In this document: positions 25,650 to 36,080 of the stretch, in pieces | Numbering within the stretch: position 1 is the stretch's first letter | Layout of the letters: each line of letters begins with the position of its first letter | Source: Takakia lepidozioides | Taxonomy: Eukaryota > Plantae > Bryophyta | DNA length: 64,000 nt | NCBI GenBank assembly: GCA_030704615.1 | Contig: CM060734.1 | Location: forward strand, 21,638,001-21,702,000 | Reading direction: 5' to 3' | Notes under the pieces: generated by a model | Told to the model about the DNA's origin: nothing | What the model saw: only the letters and a program-made list of their open reading frames with translations | The model's database searches: none | Program-made: the position numbers and the translations under genes

Positions 25650-27921
25650 ACCATCACCAGTGTGGGAGAGGATTGTGGAGTTCCTCGGCACGGTACGTGT
25701 TGTCTTTTGCTTCTTGTCTGTTGTGGGCATGGATCGTTTCAATCCTCTTGAGCATTCCATCGCATGCTTGTTTGCAGGCTAAAATGACCAAATCCTGGGT
25801 CAACGGGAAGGAGAAGCCATATGCAGCCGAACTCATCATCTTGGACATCCCTGATGGGTTGCCAGTCCCGGATGTCCTTCCATCGGGTGCTTGTCCAGGT
25901 TGGAATGCTTTTGATGAGCGCTACTGGCGGTGGATTTTCTCCTTTTGCAATTTCTTTCTGTCCGATGCAGGTGTTTTGGTGCTCATCCAGTCCATCGACC
26001 TTCGTTGTCGCCGTGCACTTGCCAGCTATTTGAAAGCCTCCGGTATGAGGGTCGTGAAGACATGGAATTGTGTTAACAACATGTACTTGACGAAGGGGGA
26101 TCGTCCCGGAGAGATGGTAAATCTGCCTTCTCATTCCTCTTCTTGGTGGTTCTCGGATGGAGTTGCATAAGTCGCTCAAATGAATATGTAGGGGCCTGGT
26201 TTTCAAGCTTCTTAGTTCCTTGTGTATGTCATGTTCGCAGACTCGTTTGTTTGAAGCTGTTTGTCTCGTCCGAGTGCATCCATCTACGACTCTAGCCGTC
26301 ATTAGGGAGTTCGCCATACTCATGGGGGCAAGTTCATAGACGAGAGGATAGATCCTCCCACGGATGACATGCACCACAACTACGTGGATATCAACGTGTG
26401 CTTGCAAAGGGGGAATGGGGTTCCTTGGAGAGGGGCCAGGGAGAGGAGCCCGGCTTTCATTCAGACGATTGTGGAGTGCTGCACCTACACAGACGCCAGA
26501 GTTCTGGATTTGTCAATGGGCACAGGTTCGTCTCTTTAACATTCACATTTCATGAGGTTTGTTTGAGCTTACACTTTCAGTTCTTCCCACCGTTCCAAAT
26601 GTGTCTTCAATGTCTGTTTCCTTCATTGTATTCCACTGTAGGTGCCTCGTACCACGTCACAAGGCCAGTGCGCGACATCTCTTTGGGATTGAAGGGGATG
26701 CCGAGATTTATAAGAACCTCCTGATGGGTTTGGGTGGACACACTTCTCAAGTCCTTCCGAAGCCCCTACCCGCTGATATTGATACATGGGAGACTTCCGA
26801 CAAGGAGCTGGACTCCGACTTTGCCTGTGAGTAAGTTCAACCTGTGGATGCTTGCATTGTTGTTTCAATACCCAGAATCACTGTTCTTAAGGCGAAGTGC
26901 ACATGGGAGACATTCTCTTCGCTGGACTTGTGCATTGCATCATTGTGTTCAAAATGGGTTTTTGTCGACTTGTGCAGGAGTCCGCGTGCTTCCATTGACC
27001 CTCCAGGGCTATCACACATTTTTAGACTTCTTTCAAGTCCTCCTCAGTCTTACGTGCTACCTGTCTATGCGGAGGCACTCGCAGCAAGCATGTCCGTTCA
27101 TGGCACTCGCAGTCCAACAATCGACGGCAGTGGTAGAAGACGTGGTGTTGGGGCCGGAATCTTTGTGGATGACATAGCACAGGAGGTCGATACTGATTCT
27201 GATGACTGTGACACTTGATATGAAGTTTTCTTTTGCTTTTATTCGGGGCCAATTTGGAAATGGGATGGTTGTGTGTCCCTGTTGTCCTGTTTGCAATGTG
27301 TGCGTGAGATGCAAATTCATGGGAACAGACTATCGTTGGAGATGGGGGTTGCATGGACTGCCCGGATTGTTCCTTCAATCTATTTAGTGTTTTGCGGAGC
27401 TCACAGGCTTGTTAGCATTGCAAAAACAAACAAACATCTTTGGTTCGGGTAGAGCATTCTCGCATCATTTGCTCGTTGGTCTCCAAACCATGCCTGCTAG
27501 AAGAATGCTTGGTAAATCCATCACGTTAAAGTCCACGTGATCAAAGATCATTCATGCATTCTCAATTCTGGTGAGCATCCATGATGGTCCTGCACATAGG
27601 GTGGTGAGTAAGAAAAGATTTCGCAAGGATCCGCTTTGGATGATATGAGTGTGCACCTGCTCACGACGTAGCCACATTTCAATGCAGGGGCTTGGTATGT
27701 TTATAACGTCTAAATGGATGCAATGGATAGTAAGGATGGATACAATGGATGTAACACAACCAGTCTGCATTCCCTGCAAATGGCTGATCAACCCGCGGTA
27801 ATAGGTGACACCTGCGGAAATAGGCCCTGTATGCATGCTGACGTGGCGTGAGCCCGTGCTGGGCTCACGGTTTCCTGGGCTCACAGGCTCACGCCTCCGG
27901 GCTCACAGAATAGCACCCGCC
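25650..27921 (+). pseudogene. Element C: beta-class DNA amino-MTase gene copy C (frameshifted), with the family terminus at ~27921
   Basis: Exons 25778-26116 (AELIILDIPDG; 339 nt, same length as the copy A exon), 26241-26525 (RERSPAFIQTIVECC..DARVLDLSMGTG), 26642-26826 (RHLFGIEGD) and ~26979-27218. Two 1-nt frameshifts. GGCTCAC repeats and inverted terminus at 27840-27921. Confidence 0.8.
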
Positions 27922-28084
27922 CCTGTGATTTTATGTGCAGATCCGGGATGTCCAACTTGATGAGGGGGAGAGAGATCCTTGTTCATAGATATTTGCTCTT
28001 CGAGGTGGTCAGGGCTGAACTCCACTTCCTCCAGCTCTGGCGTAGAGATGAATTGCACCGGAACGGATGAGGACCCTACCCCCT

Positions 28085-31000
28085 TTAAAATTTATATACT
28101 CTTAAGGTTTTCATTATTATTTATCATATATCTTTATATAATATAATATAATATATAATTCTGACTCATGATAAGCTGTATTTTGATATCTTATTATTAA
28201 TAATGTATATTTTCACCACCTATTTTTTATGCAATATCATTTATACTATATAATGTATCAAATCTAACTAAAATTGATAAATCATAATAAGAAAAAACTT
28301 GTAATCATTTATTACTCAGATACATATTATATACTCAAATCAGTTTTTTAACATGGATATAGATTTTGTCTTACATTCTAAAAATCTCGAACGAGTAAAA
28401 AATTATCCATATGTCGTCGGTGATTGTTTGTTCGACTCTATTGCATTTTTATTGGAGTATGCGTATGCATCCAAAGAGTTGCGACAACAAAACATGACTT
28501 ATTTGTTACAAAATTATCAAACCTCAAATAACGATATGTTGGAGATGGCTCAAATACATTTTTCTCCAGAAATCCTTTTTGAATTACATGACGTCCATAC
28601 TTTCCAAGAATATATTGAGAGAATGGTTTTGAGTGTTGAAAATGGGGGTCTAGAAGGTGACAATCGCGCTATATTATGTTTGGCAAATTATTTGCAAAGA
28701 CGAATATTAGTTTGGTCAAATACAACAAAAACAATTATGTTATCAGCAGGCGATGAGTTTGTTTCACAAACCCCACTTCAAATACTTTTCTCTACTTCTC
28801 CTACTTTGTCAAGTGAAAGTGGTTATTACGAGCCGATCATCTCTCGTCTCTCAACATCGAGTCCCATATGTGAGGATATGTCAATAGTGATCCCAACACA
28901 TACTCAAAATGACACCCATCAAAACTGTAATCGCAATTGTTTAGAAGTTCCTCTAAACATTGCAAACCATGTGACAACCACTAATTTCCAATTATCTATA
29001 GACAATGATGAATGTATGAACGTTCATACTAAATCAATACGTTTTATCTATTCATGACAATATCATGTTTAATTTAATGGAAAATTATCCTTCTTCCACT
29101 CTCAAACACATAGCAGAAATTTTTGCAATACAACAAATGAATTTACAACTATCGTTCTCTCAAATCTACTCTCACCTAAAGTATATCATCCAAAAACGAC
29201 GAAATGCTGCAAAACATATTGATAGTTCAATAACACAACTTGACAATATGCCAAACACTGTACAACCAAGTTACGAGAACTCTGCCTCCACTCCAAATTC
29301 AATCTCAAATGTTGAAAAAGAAATTAGTTCGAACTCATCAGATAATCATAAATACCAATATACTGAAAAATTGCTTGATATTCCAATACATCCATGCATA
29401 TGTTGTCATAGATTATGTTTCAAAAACCAAATATCCAAACTTACAAAAAAATTCAAAGAAAAACTTAATATTTATAATTCTGAAAAAATTGATATTACAA
29501 ATAATACAAACGAACAAATATTTATATGTCGAAGTTGTAAATTACTACTAGCTAAGGATGAAATTCCTAAATACCAAGTACCAAGTCAAATATCACTCAA
29601 TAAATCGATAGATTTTGTTCATAAATTAAGCCAGTTAGAAGAAAGACTAATAGCACCGCGTATTGCTTTTGCACAAATATATCAATTACAAGGGTATGGA
29701 CAGTACGGACTCTATGGTAGTATAATTAATGTTCCATCTAATGTAAATCAAACACAAATGGTTTTACCTCGTCTACCGCATGACGAGGCTACAATTGGTT
29801 TGCTTCTAAAACGTCGTCTCGAATACAAATCTTCGTACTTATCAGGCAATGTTCGTCCTAACTCTATCATGGGTGCTTTGTATGATCTCGTCAATACACC
29901 ATTATACATAGAAAATCATGTCACTATTCGTCCACAATGGTCAAGTCTATTTGCCACATCTCAACAAACACAAGAACAACTATCAACAGACGATTGCGAT
30001 CTTCCAATAGACTTTCAAGAACATTCCACAGACAATTTCGAAGAAGTAGAAGAAATTGTAGTAACCGATACATTAGTTCAAAATATCCTAAATTCTGAAC
30101 AAATTCAAATATTTGAAGATGATATTTTGACTGTCGCACCTAGTCAAAGATTTCAAACCATTGGGTCTTTTCTACGACACCTATAGCAAAGAATTAAATT
30201 TTCCAACTCTATTTTTTGGTTTTTCTCGTCAAAAATCTAATTGTTCGAAATTATCTTATCAAGCAATAGCAAAATGGGAACTCTTGCATAAATACCACAA
30301 TTTCGCCGCTCACATTCCTAACCTATTTTTCAAAGCAATTAAAGTAATAATATATGCAGTTACGTCATCATCTTGGATACGCATTCGGAAAGCCAAACTT
30401 CAAGGTAGACAATTAAAAGCACAAGAACTAACTAACAAACCTAATTTAGATAAATTATTGCATTCAGATTTGGGTTAAGGTAGTGGCATCTATAAGTGTG
30501 CATTTAAGCAGTGTGCACTGCTCAAAGGGTGCAGTGTCTCAAAAATTACATGAGCAGAATAGCAAATGAAGCAACAATAACTTGTGCAAAGCACATAATT
30601 TTCCAATCACGGATATATTATATATGAATTATCAAAGTCAAACTACATATTATCCCACTTCTGCTCAGTAGGTCCCTCCTGTAATGCCATATATTCATCC
30701 CTGATATGTGCTTACAGGTGCTTAAATGCACAAGGTGTGCACCTACACCTTTATCAAAGAATTACCAAAACCAGGCCATGTGTGGGCCCATAAGTACGTG
30801 CCTCCCAACGCGGAATTCGACGCACCTATCGATGGAAGGACCCATAGCTTTCCCTGCATGGATGATGACCTCTGCAAAATCTAACCATACACGGAGAAGT
30901 AGGACCCCTAAGTCTGCCCTGGCACCTGAGTTGACCTACATCTTCTAAGACATGGCCATCCCAGAACCCTAAACTAGCCGACCTCGTGGAGAGAGCTGGA

Positions 31001-34000
31001 AGACTCGACGGCTCCTTCATTTCCCATTCTCCCGTAAACTGAAGCATGATAAAAGTGTGCACCGTAGCAGTATCTAAAGTGAGCCATGCATCCCATTTGC
31101 ATTCATGCTTGGCCGCTGTATTAACCGGCCATTGTCCCGAAATACCCGCCTCCACTTTAAAAAACGAATGGGGAATTTGAAATGAGAATCACTAGGTGGC
31201 TGTGTAGTTAGCTTCACTAACCCACCATTAATTAAGCCCCTCGTACTCCCAAAACACTCTAGGCTGTACCTAATCCAAAACAATAATTAACCTTGAATTG
31301 CCTCCATTGCAAAGGTGCACATTGCAAAAGTGCAAAGTACTGGGATGAAAGCAGTGACTTCATTCATCAAAAATAGGGGACAGATAAAGGCAACGCACAC
31401 TTCTAGATGCCACTACCTTATAGAGATTTAGAAAAACTACGAACATCACCTAATTATTTGGCTCGGTTACGCAAAGATGCTTTCGCAATGATTCGACAAT
31501 TAGGACCGCCTACATTTTTTGTCATATTCACAAGCGCAGAAAACAAATGGCAACCATTATTAAAAGCTTTACATATACTCAATCACGAAAGACTAGAAAT
31601 TCCTAATAGCATAGATCATTTAGAACCTAAACATGTCGCTGAATTGATTCGATTAGATCTCGTTACTTGTGCACGTTACTACGATCACAGAATGGGAGCA
31701 TTTAGAGATTTATGTAAAAAAGATCCAAGTATTTTTGGTCTCGTACAAGACTACTTTTTTGTCACTGAATTTCAAAGCAGAGGAGGTGAACATGACCACG
31801 GTATGTTATGGATAGCAAATGCACCAATCTATGGCAAAAATAGTAATGACGAAATCACAACCTTCATAAAAAATTATATTACATGTGACATGATCTTCTT
31901 GCACTTACTTTACGCGAAGCTCAAATACATCGACACAAACGAACTTGTAGGAAAAAAAATCAAGCGGTATGTCGTTTTCATTATCCATTACCTACCATGC
32001 ATTCAACTGTGATTTTAGAACCTTTTCAACACGACTTGGATAACAATATTACAAGACGATATGCAAAAATAGCAAACGATATATTTGATACACTAAATAA
32101 AATGGATGCTAATACAAATATTTCATTCGACGAATTTATTGCGTTATTTAATTTAGAAATGGACACATATATAAGAATTTTGCGGGGTCGATTGAAAAAA
32201 CCAACAATATTTTTAAAAATAGCATGTAAAGATATTCGTACAAATGCTTTTAGTAATCAGGCGGGCAATCTTTGGTAAGCCAATAGTGACACACAATTTA
32301 TACTCAATCCATATGCTGCAGCAAGTTATTGTACATCTTAGCTAACAAAAGTGGACAAAACTATTATAAACGAATTTCGAATTATAATAAATAAATGTGT
32401 CAATGATCAAGTTGATGCTAATGTAAGAATTCGTAAGATGGGTAATGCATTTTTGAATGCTCAACATATGTCAGCTCAATTAGCAGCATGCATTGTGTTG
32501 TCAATACCCCTTTATCATGCATCTCGAACTTTTAGATTCATAAATACATCCCCATCACAATAATGTGCATTTGTATTAAAACCCGATAAAATACTACAAA
32601 AACTTCCACTTAATTCTACTGATATTAAATGTGCATCTCCTATTGATAAATATATTGATCGTCCAAATACAATGCAGAACGTAGCTTTGGCATAATTTAT
32701 TGCCGATCACAACTTAGGAAACAAAAAGACTCGTCGCAAAAAATCACATATCATTCGATACGTCCACTATAATGAGCACCGTGATCTTGAATTTTTTTGT
32801 CGAGAACAATTACTATTATTTCATCCGTTTCAAAACACTAAAGAATCACAAAAACATAACCATGCAACTTGGCATGATGCATATCTTGCTCATAAATCAT
32901 CTATATTACTTACTCGGAAGAAAATTATATTTACTTTTGTGGAAGATAACCTAACGGATTGGACACATTTAGAATCAAAAGCTCATGAATTAGCAAAACA
33001 TAATAACATATATGGATGGACACATTTGCAGATGTTGACGATAGTGGTCCAATTCATCCATTCACAAACTTTGCACAAATTGAACTATATGATATAAATA
33101 CAAAATTTCATTGCAAACCCCAAAACAACGATTCGACAATACCCGAGGCTAATACATGTAATACATTAGACAACATTATTCCAAATTGTGAGTTCTATGG
33201 ACAATTACGTAAACTCAATCAAGAACAACATGCTATTTTTGATGATTGTATGCACAGAAAACATATATCCCATGAAGTACCAATACATTTATTTTTGACA
33301 TGAGGAACAGGCACTGGGAAGACATTCACTTTATTGCTACTTATCCAAGGTTTACTTAGAATATATAATAGACATCCGAAAGCTGATCCATTGAAACGAA
33401 AATCAATTTTAATGGCATATACAAGAAAAGCCGCATTCAATATAGATGGAACAACAATGCACTCAGGACTTAGTATTCCGCTAAATTGTAAAGAGTTACC
33501 ATCTCTTGGATCAGAACGATTAGATACATTGGCAAAATCGTTTGACCAACTTCAGACATGAGATTAAGGTCAATCAAACGCATACACTATCATTTTTTCG
33601 GAAACCTAGATGTCATAATTACTAGAGATTTTTATCAAGCACCACCTGTGAGAGATTCTTGGGTTTTTAAGAAAATAAATGAAGGACCAGCTTCATTAGC
33701 TCAAAAATTTTGGCATGATTTTATTACATATTATGAGCTAAACCAAGTTATGCGTCAATCGGATACCCAATTCATAGATATATTGAATCGGTTAAGAACA
33801 GCCACACAAATGCAAAGATGATATACATATTATTAACAATCAGTATTGTCGTCCACCACCTAACGATCCTACATTTCCACATAGAAATGTTAAGGCACAA
33901 TGAAAGAATATTCAAACAAACAATCGGACAAATCTATATATTTCAAGCTGTTGATAAACATCATGATACATGGCCTTCTAATTTCAAGTTGCTCGATAAT

Positions 34001-35310
34001 GCCAATGCCACAGCAGGTTTGCATACGACGATTCATGCTAAGAAAGATATGTTAATAGAATTGTACGTAGGAAATTATGCTACACATGATGGACTTGTAA
34101 ACGGAGCCGATGGAATTTTTAAACATTTCTCTGTTTTGTCAAATTCAACTATTTTAATATGGATCCAATTTAATAATCCGAAATCGGGAATTGCTACGCG
34201 GGCAAAAAATAAATATCTATATAATCAAGAGAATATGAAAAACATACCAAATTGTTCGTTGTGGATGCCAATCCAACCAGTTTCAAAAGAAATACAAATA
34301 TGATCTAATACGAAACATATCATTACCAGAACCCAATTTCCAATTCAATTGGCTTCCGCTCGAACTATCCATCGTTCCCAAGGATTAACTTTGGATTATT
34401 TAGCGTTCGACTGTAAGGGTGTAAATAAACATGGTCTAACATACACGACACTTTCTCGCATTCGACAAAAAATATATATATATCTTATCACACCTTTGCA
34501 ATCAAACAATTTGCATGTTGATAATGGCGTTGCCGACGAAATGAAACGGTTTCGCACTAGTGCACGTTGGAAGCGAATAATTCCCATTCTCAAATATTAT
34601 AGAGAATCTCATGTCATTGTGCAATCTTTAAACACTAGATCATTGTCGTTACACAAGGAGGATGTTTTTCCCGACTTTAATATACAACAATCTCATATAA
34701 TGTGCTTCAATGAAACTCACTTCAATCCAACAAATCCAAACATTGAATTGTTCCTTAATACTACAATGTATTCTTATCTAGCGGTTCATGCAAGCCATGG
34801 AACACTTGTAATATACGACCATACTATGTCATTAGCATCAAATCAAATACTATCAAATGAAGGTGTGCTGAATACATAGCTGCAACATTTAATTTGAATA
34901 CCAGGAAAGCAATTCATATAATTGCGGTCTATAAACCTCCAACACTACAATTAAGTATTTTCTTGTCTTCTCTCAAAAAGCTCATTGATAATATTCCACA
35001 TACATGTCCAACCATAATAATAGGAGATTTTAATGTAGATCTTTTACAAAATAATACCGTAACAACAAATCAATTACAAAAATTCATGTCTTCTTTTCAC
35101 ATGCAACTCCAATCCTCAATTAGTACTACTATCTATGGATCTCAACTAGACCATGTTTGGACAAATGCACCTCACCAACTCTGCATATCTGGCATTATAG
35201 AAGCATACTGGACAGACCATAAATCTGTATTTATTGTTTTTAAATTATCTAATTACATTCCTTGCTACCAACATATATCATCAAAATATTCTAATAGGTA
35301 GTCACCATAA
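28085..35310 (+). mobile_element. Endonuclease-encoding Helitron (Helentron-type), decayed: OTU protease, Zn finger, HUH Rep, PIF1 helicase, EEP endonuclease
   Basis: OTU-like GDCLFDSI (28353-29057); CxxC pairs and LEERLIAPR; Rep LRTSP..MIRQLGPPTFF, EFQSRGGEHDHGMLW, YCTS; helicase GTGTGKT and TIHRSQGLTL; EEP NTRSL, ETH, GDFNVD, LDH, TDH. AT-rich with many stops. Termini not resolved. Confidence 0.9.
30478..31418. mobile_element. Non-autonomous TIR DNA transposon (941 bp) inserted in the Helitron Rep
   Basis: 24-bp TIR AGGTAGTGGCATCTA(T/G)AAGTGTGC and TA TSD (30476-30477, 31419-31420). Removing it restores LHSDLGYRDLEKLRTSP. Confidence 0.92.
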
Positions 35311-35411
35311 GGAGGAGCCATTACGCGACGAGCCGCTTGTTTACTTACTGGAACCTATTTTTATGCTTGGTTTTTGTTCCTCTTTTCAGTGCAGTATGTA
35401 TAGATGAACGC

Positions 35412-35506
35412 CCTCGTGTCGGGCGCTCTTTGAATTTTATGCCTAGAGCAGAGGGCAGTAGCCCGAGGCCATAAGGCATAAAATTCAAGGGGCACCCGAC
35501 ACGGGG
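35412..35506. repeat. 33-bp inverted repeat with a 29-nt loop
   Basis: 35412-35444 matches the reverse complement of 35474-35506 with 4 mismatches. Confidence 0.85.
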
Positions 35507-36080
35507 TTCTTCCTCTGCATAAAGAAATGGGATGATTTCTTTTTCCTTTCATCCTAAATTAGTGTGGGTGTCAAATGAGAGTGGCCCACACTAAGCCCTC
35601 AAAAGTGGTCTGAGCTAATTAGTGTGGCCCACACTCGTAAATGTTGTATTAGGTGGAGTGTCAAGAGACACCATATTTTACGCTTGATTCAACAACATGT
35701 CAACACTTGTTTTTTAGCAAGTACCTCGTAGTTGCACATTAGTACTCAGGCAAAAAGAATTAGGGTTGTGCATTGCTCTACATTATTAGGGACAACTTCT
35801 GAGAACATGTTCATTTTCATTGGAAATATATGTTATGCAAAAAACATCTTATTAGCTATTAATATAAATATAAATATTTATTGGTAATTTGAAACTTGCT
35901 CACTATAAAACCAAAAGGTCGAACTGCTGAGCGTTTCGAAAATTGGATAAACCATTGATTGTTTGATGGTTCTATCATAATGAATATGTCAAAGTATTGT
36001 AACATTTACATTGAATGTGTGAAGAAAACTAAAAAATATTATTAAAAAAAAACAAAAAAACTAGAGTTGAATATTAGAGC

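Noticed and set aside
12640-27218. Bacterial or phage contamination as the source of the MTase/ParB
   Set aside because: The genes have conserved spliceosomal introns and are interleaved with plant PPR and gypsy sequence.
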